Below are positions 27,890 through 41,128 of a stretch of DNA of 64,000 nt, one piece after another. The translations under genes and the position numbers were made by a program. The stretch is from Tubiluchus corallicola (Eukaryota > Animalia > Priapulida): contig JAQGDQ010000083.1 of assembly GCA_030141605.1 (NCBI GenBank), forward strand, positions 496,001 to 560,000, in the 5' to 3' direction. The notes beneath the pieces were generated by a model. It worked only from the letters and a program-made list of their open reading frames with translations, did no database searches and had not been told where the DNA came from. How positions within the stretch are numbered: the first letter of the stretch is position 1; the number at the start of each line of letters is the position of its first letter.

Positions 27890-28166
27890 AGCATTTACAT
27901 TCCCCTTTAATAAACCTGTACAGCCACTTCTGTGTATTTTCTAATACTGGATGCCATGTCAGTTTTTACACTATTGTAGATATCTGTATTTCACCAACTC
28001 ATGCAAATAACATGCGACTAAAAAACTATAAAATTGGAATGAATTGCAGACAATCATTTACTTAATCATTCACAAACGTTTTCTGGCAGTACTCACGGTG
28101 AGCTTTAGCCAAAGATGATATCAAATAAAACAGAGAATCATACTCGTGGTTTGGTAATCCTAGGAC
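27890..28166 (+). repeat. ~280-bp diverged direct repeat, copy 2
   Basis: See 26608-26895. Confidence 0.85.
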
Positions 28167-28976
28167 ACGTAGTTGGTGGTTCTAAAAAATGGTTTATCGA
28201 GGAAACTCTGTTGCTGTGCAAACAGCGCTGTATTAGCATATTTATCTAATAAATGTAAACCATTGACTAAATAACATGGACGTGATTACCAATAAATTTC
28301 TTCCAGTTTCAGAATAAATAATAGTAGTTCCAACGAAAGGAAAGTGATGACAAATTTGCTCTCAAGAATGCGAACACGAACTGAAGCACAATCCTACCTA
28401 TGTATCCCGCCGACATCGGGGATAAGCTTCCTCCAGACTTCGTTGTCTAGCAACTATTTACTGAAAACCATCATAGAAGCAGTAGTTGTTACCATTTTAG
28501 TGAGAACAAGAGTGAAAGATAGACTGAAGGAAAAGAAAACAGGAGAAAGGCACAGGGAGAGGAGAAGGGAGAGAGGAAGAAAGGGGGCGGTAAGAAAGGC
28601 AAGAAGGAAGAACTATTGTAAAAAGAATGTTAATCCACAACAGAAAAGAAAAACTAATTCTTCTAGCCATTAAGTTGTTATTTCTCTAAAGATAACTAAT
28701 GTCACTTACTTTGCACCACTGTTAAATATCTTTGATCTGTGGTAAAAGTAAATGTCACTAGCAGGGAAAAAAAATAACAGGAAAATATGGGTAAAAAGAG
28801 GATAAAAAGAAAAATCGTTTTAAAGACAATTGCAAAGGAGACAAAGTTAAAAAATGTTGACATGAAATTGTGGATAAAAATGATATAAAAAGTAAGTAAG
28901 TGAAGTCAGAAGTCAGGTGGTAAAAAGGCAAAAGAAACAAAGACATCAGAGAACCGGATTTGAACCTGTAATCACC

Positions 28977-29049
28977 GGAGCAACGTTGTTTATGTTATCA
29001 TGGCTTTCGCTTTGCAAGCGAAATGTCACTGGTTCAAATCCAGACTCCT
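28977..29049 (+). pseudogene. tRNA-Ala(UGC)-derived pseudogene or SINE head
   Basis: Perfect anticodon arm ttcgc-tttgcaa-gcgaa (TGC at 29013-29015). T-arm ctgg-ttcaaat-ccag. Acceptor remnants ggag/ctcc. The D-arm is degenerate. Confidence 0.7.
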
Positions 29050-30974
29050 TTCTTTCTTTCTGTTGAGTTTATTTTCAAAATTTCGTGTGTACCATCACGT
29101 CATTGTCAAAAATCATAAATATCATTTCTTTCAAAGTGGGATCTACGTAATCAACACAACCTGTACTAAAATCATACTGGCTTTTAGACATACTGGCTTC
29201 TGGCCAAGATCTGGTTAGTATCATCATCACTTCAGAGTGAAGCCAGAAACCCCGAATAGCTTGAAATATTTATTGCGCGTCATACGCGTTCATTCTGAAA
29301 TACCAGCAATGTGACAGACATATAAACTATCCCGGGCGCAAGCTGAACAGTAGATGACAACGTTTTCATCAAAGCCAGAATAGAATCTCACATTCGATAG
29401 AGATTGCAAAGACAAGTAGCCTTCCAACGCACATGTTTAGCTTCACGTTGCGTAAATTATCAATCATATTATCTATATTTATAATTATATTACAGTAATC
29501 ACCGAAAAAATACTTGCTCCAGAAGAACAAAAACATTGAACTGCTGGTGACCCCCCCCCCTCAAATCGGGGGCAAAGCAGCCTAATAATGATTTCAACAT
29601 AACTAGAATAAAGCACACGTGAATTGAATAACACTGTTAGCTATAATTGTTGTTTGTTAAATCCAGCTGAAAGAATTTAGATTATCTGCAATGGCTAAAT
29701 TAATTGAGTCACGACTGTAGAAAATTAAAGAAAAGCGACAGCGACGTAAACCAGCTAAAGAAACTGTATCTACTCTCTCCATGCAGCTGGTAGCAGGAAA
29801 ACTCTAGGCCTAGTCAGAAGCAAGCATAGAAACGAAGACGAACCACTTCTGCTCAACCTGTTTACGGCTGTATCTGCAAAGTACAGCATATCTTGACCTT
29901 CCCTTTCTAACTTTCTCAAACTAGTGTACATGTCAGAGTCTGATTCAAAACGGAGCCTGATTAGTTGAAAGGCAAAGAATGTGAAAAATTAGCCAATAAG
30001 AGTCTAAATATTTGCAAAAAAAGGTAATTCAGAAAATTTGGGAATAAACTACTGGTATTTTCAGGGGTGACATTAACACTACTTTAGAAGAAAAGGTAGA
30101 TGTTGTGCAGAGTGGACCACCCAGGCCCCTGCGCTACAATATAGTAATCACGACAAGGGAAATTAGTTCGTGTAGAGGGCTTCACCAGTTGAAAGTGTTT
30201 CCTTTCACGGGAGTTAATACGTTTTACACAGCTTCCAAAGACATGACATTTAATGGTGAACTTATGATTGCGGTAGCGATAAACATGATTTCAATGAGTA
30301 TCAATTAGGGGAGAATTTGTTCAGCATAATTTATGTTCAATACACGTTTTCAGTTGCTAGTTAATAAGCCAATGGTAGAAAATATACATAACCGAATTTT
30401 ATCGTTCATAAAACGAATTCAATTTAGTATGCGGTTTATTCAGGCTTTGCATCAGCTTCCTTTTACAAATACCGAATCCCATTCAATCAGCGTATGCAAA
30501 TTTAGCTTTACATGAGGATTTGCTGAAAACAATTTTGCCCGGTAAATGGAATGGCTCTTATACGTGCACAGCGCAATTGCGTCTTTGTGTTGCTTAAATC
30601 GTTCATGAAGAAACTAAATGAGGCGAGTTAGTGAGGTGGGCTATTCAAGTTTGTAGTGATCAATTCTTTCTTCTAACGTTTGCCTCTTTTTGTGCCTTAT
30701 AGGGCAACTGCCACTGTTACGCAGAAAAATTCCAATGTAAAAACTACCTTGGCAAATTTAAACTGGAATTTTAAACGGATTAAGTATGTGTAAATTCCTA
30801 TTCATCAAATAAAATCGTCAAAACGAATGACAACAGTCGTGTCTTTGTTAGATTTGCATTGCATATTTACATGTAGAGCTGGCTGAAAATGATCTACGAA
30901 GTGATCAACTCAAATATTGTATTTGAATGTCTGTTCAGAAATTGTTTGACAGTAGCGGTAATGGCTTTGATAGG

Positions 30975-31092
30975 GGTCAAGTACTGATAGTGGTAGCGAT
31001 AATGGTAGTGGTAGTGGTAGTGGTAGTGGTAGTGGTAGTGGTAGTGGTAGTGGTAGTGGTAGTGGTAGTGGTAGTGGTAGTGGTAGTGGTAA

Positions 31093-31143
<51 letters not shown>

Positions 31144-32295
31144 TGGTAGTGGTAGTGGTAGTGGTAGTGGTAGTGATAGTGGTAGTGGTAGTGGTAGTGG
31201 TAGTGGTAGTGGTAGTGGTAGTGGTAGTGGTAGTGGTAGTGGTAGTGGTAGTGGTAGTGGTAGTGGTAGTGGTAGTGCTAGTGCCAGTGGTAGTGATAGT
31301 GGTAGTGACAGTGGTAGTGGTAGTGGTAGTGGTAGTGGTAATGGTAGTTGTAGTTATAGTTGTAGTTGTAGTGGTAGTGGTAGTGCTAGTGCTAGAGCTT
31401 CCTGTAGTTGTAGTGGTAGTGGTAGTTGTAGTGGTAGTTGTGATGGTAGTGGTAGTGGTAGTGGTAGTGGTAGTGGTAGTGGTAGTTGTAGTGGTAATGG
31501 TAGTGGTAGTCGTCGTGATAGTGGTACTGGTAGTAGTAGTGGTAGTTGTGATGGTAGTGGTAGTGGTGGTTGTGATGGTAGTGGTAGTGGTAGTGGTAGT
31601 GGTAGTGGTAGTGGTAGTGGTAGTGCTAGTGCTAGTGCCAGTGGTAGTGATAGTAGTAGTGACAGTGGTAGTGGTAGTGGTACTGGTAGTGGTAGTGGTA
31701 GTTGTGGTGGTAGTGGTAGTGGTAATGGTAGTTGTGGTGGTAGTGGTAGTGGTAGTCGTTGTGATAGTGGTACTGGTAGTGGTAGTGGTAGTGCCAGTGG
31801 TAGTGATAGTGGTAGTGACAGTGGTAGTGGTAGTGGTAGTGGTAGTGGTAGTGCTAGTGGTAGTTGTGGTGGTAGTGATAGTGGTAGTTGTGGTGGTAGT
31901 GATAGTGGTAGTCGTTGTGATAGTGGTACTGGTAGTGGTAGTGGTAGTCGTTGTGATAGTGGTACTGGTAGTGGTAGTGGTAATGGTAGTTGTGGTGGTA
32001 GTGGTAGTCGTTGTGATAGTGGTAGTGGTAGTGGTAGTGCTAGTGCTAGTGCCAGTGGTAGTGATAGTGATAGTGCTAGCGACAGTGGTAGTGGTAGTGG
32101 TAGTGGTAGTGGTAGTTGAGGTGGTAGTGGTAGTCGTTGTGATAGTGGTACTGGTAGTGGTAGCGCTTGTGCTTGTGCTTGTGGTAGTGGTAGTGGTAAT
32201 GGTATGGTAGTGGTAGTGGTAGTGGTCGTGGTCGTGGTAGTGGTAGTGGTAGTGGTAGTGGTAGTGGTAGTGGTAGTGGTATGATAGTGGTAGTG
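30975..32295. repeat. Long (GTGGTA)n hexanucleotide satellite with variant units
   Basis: Seen directly; it explains the 427-aa poly-Val ORF. Confidence 0.97.
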
Positions 32296-33777
32296 TTAGT
32301 GCATACTATAACGCGTACTATAAAAACAGAACTGCTGTTTGAACTTCCATACTTTAATTTAGTTTACAAAAGCTACACAATACAGGCGATGCTATTAGAC
32401 CAATGGAAACGTTACAAGAAACTGGGGATAAATGGTACGGAAAAAGTACGAAAGAGGTACAAAGAAGGTACGAAAAAATACCGTAATTTTGTACGGTACC
32501 ATACTGTTGAAAGAATACCGTACCGTACCGCCAGCCTTGCCCCTGCACCTTAAACACAAAATAAAATCTGTTCAGCAACCAGCTAGACTTTCAAAATACG
32601 TTTTAACATTTTGTTTAAGGATTTAAAAAGTGACCGGTTGTAAGTTTATTAGACATGTGGCGCACTCTATACCTTGTAAACCTTTCCACAAACTCCCTAA
32701 ATCCCCTTCAAAGAATCTTGAGTTGCTCTGGGTGCAAATGGAAAGCGTACCCTTTTATTTCCTCAGGCTTCTATTACTCAATGTAGAACGTTAATTGCAT
32801 GTTTCAATTTCAAATCTGTCTGCCCCATTAAGAATTCAATTAAATTTTCTATTAAGCTAGCAAGATGCGAATAATTATGAAGTGCTGTAGTGTTGATAAT
32901 CTATTTGCAGTTCTGGGGTGTTCATTTATAGGATGCAGTCAAAGTAAAATAGAAACGCTATTGTAATTTTATAATTACAATGCATGTACGTTTATACATC
33001 ATGAACTATTACAGAAATTATATAAAGTATTGTAAAGTTAAATTATCATTAAAAGGAGTTTTTGATGCTAATGGATGAAATAAAAAGCACGCATTGTTAC
33101 AGCCTGATAGATGCAATGTTTAATTCACTAGTATACTTTTAACAAGAAGACTGTGATAGAGAGTTGCGTATTTGGTTAGGCGACGTGATTTTGTGTGGTT
33201 AGACATTTTGGGATATGGTGTGCCATGATGTGATGTGGCGTGCCATGGTGTGATGTGGAGTGCTATTGTGAAGTGAAGTGTCACATGGCCCCTCTGTGAG
33301 GTAGTATGACATGTTGTGGTGCGCCAGTGTAAGATATGGTGTGATGTTATGTGATAATAAGCTGATGGTATGACAATCAGGAATGCAAAGACAGCACGCC
33401 ACACCACTAATTGCACGTCACATTTCACTACACCACACCTTATCACACGCCTAACCACACAAAATCATACGACCTGCATCTCACTATCTATCGGCACGTC
33501 GACCATTTTTAATGATAATTTCTTTTATGTTAACTGAAGTGACGCAGTACATAGATCACAGAACTTCAATCAGCCAACGGGGTCCCCCTCGCAATGACAA
33601 CGAGGCGCTTTTATTTAGCGCTTACTGGATTGTTGGGGGCTTCACTCACATACCCAGCCACATTTGCATTTAAAGCCTATACGAAATATACAGCCAAAGC
33701 GTGTATTCATAATTATTTTTACTCTTTTCTTACCATAAAAATCTTATGCAGCTAAAATTTGTTAATAGTAGTGAAGA

Positions 33778-33976
33778 ATTGTGAAGCGTTGTGCTTGGGG
33801 CACTGTAATGTGGATGTTCGCTATCCAGAAAGATTAGGAGGAGTTCGACTCATAAATTTCCCCAAACCAAAAAGACTTAGACAAAGTGTCACCGTTGGGT
33901 CAGAACATGCGGGAGGCCACATGAATAGCTCAAACCATTGAAAATTAACAAAGATCGTGCTGTCTGTTCAGAGAAG
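33778..33976 (+). pseudogene. THAP zinc-finger domain remnant (DNA-transposon derived)
   Basis: Joining frames gives VKRCAWG-CNVDVRYPERLGGVRLINFPKPKRL--KCHRWVRTCGRPHE*LKPLKINKDRAVCSE. This has the THAP C..C..FP..W..VCS pattern, with two frameshifts and a stop. Confidence 0.75.
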
Positions 33977-34366
33977 TTTTGTAATGTTTTAATATTACGC
34001 TGTACTATTATTTATTACTGCTGGCTACTTGTAGGATGTGCTCTGCTAAATTAGGACTTAACGCACTGCACAAGATATTCCAGATACTGTACAACAAAAA
34101 ATAGGATTTCGTTTGTTAAGTATGACTGTTTGAACGTACAGTAGTAGAGTTAAATAATTCAACTAGGCTAACTTACTTGATTTTTATTTAATTTATTCAG
34201 TTTTCGTGTTTAAGTTAGAATTAGGCACTAAAAAATTGTTCTTGGTGTAAATAAATTATTATTTTATTATAATTCTTTATTTTTAAAAACTGTGTACAGA
34301 ATACATTCCCTCTGTTTGTAGGGATATGTTTAAAATTTCTAAAAGCATTTACAACGTATTAAACCT

Positions 34367-34369
<3 letters not shown>

Positions 34370-34462
<93 letters not shown>
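34370..34462. repeat. (CA)n microsatellite
   Basis: Seen directly. Confidence 0.98.
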
Positions 34463-34463
<1 letters not shown>

Positions 34464-35034
34464 ATTTAGAATCCAGCGCATGAGACATATTGAACGGCAA
34501 CGATAAAAGTAAGTGTAAGAATGTAAGTAAAAGCGTTAAAAAAATTGCTTTACAACACAACATGTAAAGCAAAGTTAACACATCGTTTATACTTGTTATT
34601 TTAGTAGTTTGCTATAACTTTTATTACAACTAGCGTTTTTATTGTAACTATGTTTGAAACTTCGCAATAAATCTTGACATCGTGCACATATCCTTGCGTA
34701 CAATAATTAAGTCCACTTTGTGAGAATTTACTAGACAAATTCTTGTAGTTTGGTTGGTAGCAAGATACATTTTCCGGAATCGCCGATAAATCACTTACAT
34801 TTCACCCATTCTCCGTGTTTTTCACGCTTGTTTATATAATGAAGCGACTTGCAGGGAGTGAGTATTTGTGAGAACGTGTGTTAAGTGATCAATGTGGGCT
34901 GGGCTAAACGCTTCTTGCCGTCTATCTATTTGAGAGCAGTTGGTAAGATGAGGTGAGTTGGTGTGAGCAAATGAACGGGCGGTAATAGTTCAACTCAGTC
35001 GTGTGCTAAACATTTCACTTAACTCTCATTATGA

Positions 35035-35160
35035 ATCTCAAGTTACCAGCACTTAATATTCAGCTGATGCGACCCGCTAGGGTAAAAGCTGCTGAATAAA
35101 TATTATGATCTTTGAGACTACAAAGGGCGTTACGTTTTTCTCTGTTAATGATGCAAGTCT
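35035..35160 (+). mobile_element. Penelope-like terminal repeat with degenerate hammerhead ribozyme
   Basis: tattcag-CTGATGC-g-accc-gcta-gggt-AAAA-gc-TG-ctgaata at 35057-35098. Stems I and II are intact but the core is mutated. The downstream ~60 bp match the reverse complement of 46805-46870. Confidence 0.65.
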
Positions 35161-37300
35161 CTTGAGAAACTCTCTCGTATTAAAAGTCAATGTATCAGCT
35201 TATGCGCATTGATGTTGGCTCATACTGCTTTTGGAAACGAGCCACGAACAATATTATTCTCACTGGTTTAATATGAGAATAGACTATAAAGAGCACATCC
35301 CTACTACTCACGTTTATTTATCAGTGCGTCACGGTTTGTCTATCAACTTGGCTTCAAATGACGACTTGCATTGAGCTTTTGCGTTTCGAGTCTTTTTATT
35401 CTGTTGCCTGCGGCTAACGCAATTTGATTTGGAATGCCAGCAAAATAGGATAACCGTTCCAACGATCTACTGAAAAAAACCTCATCAAAGATCAATGCTA
35501 CTGTTGCGCTGCCTGGTGGTTAGTTAGAATAGAACAGACATTAGTTAAAATATAACCACATGTCATGCTTGAAGTGCATTGCTTTTGCTTGAAATCAGTT
35601 TGAAATTACAGTAAGAATGAATATAGTGTTTAATTCGCTATTACGCTTATTACGAGAATGTTATAACTGAGATTGTTAGTTGCTTGCGTGGTTAGGACGA
35701 AGCCTTACTTTAGCAGTATACTGGTACTGCAGGCGGTACCCCGAAAACAAGGGTAAAACTACCCAGGTTGGTTCGGTACCAGCAGATGCGGAAGCCAAGC
35801 AGTCTGTAACTCTCATGACATCCATCCAGGAAACAACAGAATGATATGCAAGAAAAACTATACCTTTATTAGCAAATTGCATGAAGTATATTAAAAAATG
35901 ATGAAATAGAGTTTTCCTCGTTGTGGATTAAATTAACTGGACCAGTAAAAGATTAGAGAAGACCGCTTTTATACAGGCCAGATGCATAACTTGGCTTCAA
36001 CAGAAGCTTCTAATAATAATCTTATTGGTCACGAATAGTCTCGAAAAGTTCTCCAAGCAAATTGTGTCTATCCCCGGCACTGCATCAGACCCCATTGAGA
36101 CAGCTTACGGCACCCCATACGGCCAAACCTATTAGCTGAGCTCTATAGACCACTCAGTGCAACTTCTCCCATTGGAACGAAATAATAAGCAGATATCAGC
36201 TCGGCTTATTAACAAATGCACATTCGAAATCCTTACCTGGTGACGCACCGACGCTATCGTCATCATCGTCACCACTGTAAGATTGTACAATTCTTGTCAC
36301 CTGTTCGACTCACCTTTAGTACTTAAACATGTGTGGTCACGTGACTTGTTTACCTATTTTCAGTAAGTTGTTTAGACACTGACAGGTCAAGCTATCGCTT
36401 TTAGGTTGTCAAGCCAAATTTGTTATATTTTAACGTTATAAAAGTGAAATTTTGCTTTTCTTAGGCAGATCTACATAGAAAGTAATTCGTTTACTTTCAT
36501 CTCATTCATTTCATATACAAAAGATGGGGGTTTAGCAAATTTGTTTAGTTAAAACGACTTGTTTGTAAACGAGAAAAAATCATACCCTAACTGAAATTCC
36601 TCACACAGGAATTGTTAAATGCTGATCATATTATTTAGAAATCTTTTGTCTTTATTTTATAGTAGAGATTTTTCAGCGTTTATTGTAGCAGAACCATCGT
36701 CACAGCACAGCGACCACCATACATCAGCAGCAGCAGCAGCAACAACAACAACAATTATATTAATAATAACAACTGTAGGAACAGCAGCAACAATAGCAAC
36801 AACAGCAACATAAATATGTATCAGTAATAGCAGCAGCAGCCACAACAGTATCATCATCATCATCATCATCATCATCATAACCATACCATTATGGTGTTAC
36901 ATTTTGAATTACATTTTGGTGCTAAACATTTGAAAATCTATATGTTTATCTTTTATGTTTGTGTTTGTGTTTCGCTTTGTTTGTATTATTTTGTGAGATT
37001 TTTGAAACAAATTGTCGATCAACTTTTCCAATGAAGTTTTTTCACCTGCTGAAATTGCTGAGCATTGTGCCAAATCGTCTGCTAAAGCTAGTGACCCTAA
37101 ATTGCAAACGAAGAAATGAAAATGAAATCCTTGCCTTAAATGTTGCCTATGAAATTCTTTTTGCAGCTTTGCAGTCAATTTTGTTTTGCAAGCTCACACA
37201 CACGTTATAAACACAGAGCTGTACATCATTATTTCTAAATGCATACATCTAATTTTTGTTTCCAGTTCTAACAAGAAGACAACGCTATCATAGCTGGCCC

Positions 37301-37693
37301 AATAAGCGTTTTCGCACTTCCAGCGATTGATGATGATCGTGAAAAGGTCAAAGATTAAGCTTACCAGGCACCGCTTTCGTTTACACTTGGCAACGCCTCA
37401 AGCCTATGCTATTGTAATAGTAACAGTCTTAACAGCTAGCTAGAGCCTTATCTAGTTCATTCATCTTGTTCCCAAGCAAAAATCTGCTGTTAAATCACTC
37501 TACGCACAGACTAATGCATATTTAAGTAAAGTCCACGTAAAACAACTAAAATTACAGAATTGATGCTGCACACGGTCTTGCTTTACCCACATTTCTCGTG
37601 ACGGTCGCAGTTATCACGCGTTGTTGTGGTACGCTTAACCTTTGACCTACAGCAACTGCGCGTGCGTGCAACGAAACTGTGAAAAGGCTTATT
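37301..37693 (+). mobile_element. MITE family A (~390 bp, PIF/Harbinger-like), copy 1
   Basis: TIRs aataagcgttttcgcacttcc / gaaactgtgaaaaggcttatt. Homologous to 43924-45133 and 58038-58398. The superfamily is inferred from the AAT/ATT flanks only. Confidence 0.75.
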
Positions 37694-39749
37694 AGATCCA
37701 TTATATTAAACAGCTCTTTTGCGTAAAGAAATAACAGCTTTTTACATTTTATTGTTATTTTTTAATCACCATTATGTTTAAAACGTCTGTTGCAATTTGA
37801 GGGTTAATCTACTCGCAGCACATTATGCAAATCGTAGGAACAACGCGCAAGGAGAGGATGATGAAACGACAGAATGCTTTCAGGAATATTGAGTTAGAGA
37901 ATTTGCATATAACCCAACGCAGAATTGCAATGAACGCAGATGGTTGAACACATCCATCAAGTGCAACGCTGGTTCTAATCTTATCAAAGTTCCTTCAAGA
38001 CAAAATCAGCTAATCAACGACCTTAGATCTCAAATAATCACTTTGCCCCAATCAATCGTGGTCCACTGCATCCATGCTGTAAATATGATTTGTAGCCTGT
38101 TTTACGTCTTAGATAATTATGACTTCGAGTGATTTCTGTTGGTTAGTCCAGATTGAAATTTGCTAACTGGGCTGAAACTTCTACGATTGTCATGGGACGG
38201 AATTTCGTCTTCAATTGTCGCCAAATCGTTCCCTTTACACACAAGCCTTCTTCAGGATCATCAGAAGTTTCCTATCTAAGAGTTTGTAGACAAAAATTCC
38301 CCTTCGTCCATGTCAAAGATTAGATTAATAACAAACCAAGTACTATAAAGATTGAAATTCTGCCCTACCTTTTGTTTAAATGCACACTATTAAAACAAAG
38401 AAAGAGAGAAAAAAATACTCAACTGAAATTTTTCTAGAATTACTCAAAAAGTGTAGTCCCTGCAGCTGAATGAGAATATAATGTATATTTATCCAAATAG
38501 GATTGTAAAGTAGACAGACTAATTTAACATTCAAAGTTTCAAAAACAAATTTAAAATTAAGTGCTCAGTGTGTATGCGTTTGAGGTTGCAAGTTAAGTAA
38601 TCCGAATAGAGTAAGAAATGGATGAGTGACCGTTACAAAAGTTGTTTGTCAACGTTTTCCTTTGTCGCACTTCCCTCACCTGCAGCCTATAGGTTACATG
38701 GCCGAGTATGGCTTATATTGTCAAGCTTCGTTTTGTTTGTGACACCCACCCACGGACACTGATGTTGTATATAGTGTCTGCACAAATGTACACATTCGTA
38801 GCTATGAGATATTCCAGAGGCAGTCTGGCAGGTCTTTCCATGCTTTACTAGAATTCTACCCCTTCATTACCCTATTCCACTTCTCACATTTTAGTCCAGG
38901 ACTAACTCAGCACTCATAACAACTATACATAGCTGAACAGTAACATATCATTACTTTTCCCTAACACTAATCCCACTTGTCAAAGAATATTCTCCTGTTC
39001 TTATACGGTATTTGATTGTTCTTCATACGCTGATTGACACAAAAGCTGATTGACTAAAGTTGTTTTTATCCTTTATTAGTGCCAGTAATAACTTTTTGCT
39101 GGACCCGCCGCTTTTATTGTGAAATTAAAATTTGTACAATCATACATGCTTACTTAGAAGATGCGCCTATCTTATTGGCTAATGCGAATTTGATTGACAG
39201 TTGTTGAATGGGTTAATCTTGAAGAGCAGATCTTCTAGCGTTGAGTCATAGAGCTGCTCTGGCCAAAGTAAAATTTGATTAAAGCATCGCCGGCAAACAA
39301 TGCCTGTCAAGCAAGACTGCTTTCTTATTTACTCGATAAAAATTTTCCCGAGTCAAGAAGATAGGACTAATGAAATTAATTAAAGTATAGAGGTAGGAGA
39401 ATAATATATTGTTGGCCTGGTTACCATGGCGCCGTGATTAGATAATGGCAGTTATTGGCAAAAATACTGAGAAAATAAGAAATGATCGTCGTTGCCGTCG
39501 CCGTCATTGTCGTCCTTGCCACCGATGCCGTTAGCTTTTTTTACCCTCCATTTGCAGTACTTTAGCTTTAATTCCTTCGTTTCTCCCTGTGCCCAATTAT
39601 ATATCGTCTTTCAATCATCTTACTTTGTCTCAGTTATTTTACTTTGATTTTTCAGGATTATTATAACTGTTTGTAACAGTATTGAGACAAGAAGCAAAAA
39701 AATAAGTCTGAATTCCATGCTAGCTAACGATCTGTGTCAGAACAGAACG

Positions 39750-39783
<34 letters not shown>

Positions 39784-41049
39784 TATATATGTGTATTATT
39801 GTAGTGATGCATTGTGAAAGGGGCTTTTCTACCTTATCTTACAATATACGAGGTTATTGTAAATTGCATATATTTGCATTGTCTTAATTGAATGCACTAT
39901 GCGCATTTGCCTGTAGTACCTCTTATGTGCTGTTGTTGTTTGTTGTATGATGCTACTGTTAAAGCTCACAGCATAACTGCTTGTGGTGTGTTATAAAATA
40001 CGCGCTTTAGGTGAATATGAAAGGATATGGGTTTTTACGAGGAGAACAATAATTTTTTGACATTGGGTCCCTAAAATCTGGAGCACCTCAATATTTAACG
40101 ACCTAAGCTATAACAGCCTAGTTACTATTGGGAGATACGCCCCTGTCCACTGACGCACATTCCGCGACATGATATTTGCGTGTTTGTTTGTCAACAGCTC
40201 ACAGCTGTGAGGGAAGTAGAGATGAGGAAATGCTACGCTTTGGTGCAGTAGTGATGAAATGATCTGGGCAAGCTTTTTTTAGTAGCCATTAGTCTAAGAT
40301 TGCAGTTAGTGTAATACATAAACCTTTTACTGAGGCATTATAGCACATTTTTGTACAGTTTGGTAAACTGCAAGCTGTCATCCAACACAGCTTGATGTTC
40401 TTGGATTTTGTGGAAGGACCGAAGCTCATCGATTTATAAAGAACAATCCTCTAGGATGAAATAAGCGAAATTCTGAAGTGTAGTTTTTTTTACAATTTTC
40501 TTCAACGAAAAAACAGTAAAAAACAGACAATAGGTCGCATTAATTTACTATTCCACTTTAACTTCGGAAAGCACACACCATGACCACTCGGCTATACACT
40601 CGCAGTATGTCTGCCAGTGACGATGATAATTATCTGAAAACATACGCAGCATGAGAGATTTTTAGATGCGAACAGTTAGTGGTTTAGCACTAAACGTTTA
40701 TAAGCTAAATGGAATTTGTTTACAAAAGTTGCACGCAGGTTTTTCGTAATTAAATTCAGAACTAATCTTATTTCTTACTCGTATCTTTTTATTGTCAAAT
40801 ACTTTGTTGCCTTTTCTTCTCATTAATTGGCCATGTTTGGTATTTCATTAAATTTAATGTCCAATTAATATCATTCGAGCTCTTAATGATATTGAATATT
40901 ATTAATTAATTATAATATAATATAACATAATTAAGTATATAGTTAGTTGCCAACTAATTTAGGAAATTATTGATACTATAAATATTCCCCTACTGTCATG
41001 GGTACAGGTGACGTTATTGGATTGTGAGCTACAAGGATGAAATCTTAGG

Positions 41050-41128
41050 CCTGCTCTGTCGCGCCAGGCTGGTGGAGGTGGGAGTACTAATCCCATGTCA
41101 CGGGTTCAAATCCCGACCACTCCACAAT
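41050..41128 (+). mobile_element. tRNA-derived SINE head or tRNA pseudogene
   Basis: Stem-loop tggga-gtactaa-tccca followed by B-box/T-arm cggg-ttcaaat-cccg and a T-run. No valid acceptor stem. Confidence 0.5.

Noticed and set aside
30927-32210. 427-aa poly-Val ORF, or a mucin-like poly-Thr frame on the minus strand
   Set aside because: It is a (GTGGTA)n satellite. Slippage in units of 3 or 6 bp keeps frames open by default, and I saw no flanking non-repetitive coding sequence or splice support.
38700-39130. Possible LINE 3' end (also ~20630-20830, minus strand)
   Set aside because: The resemblance to the 'SFFP..I..WN.LP' motif is too faint to support a call.
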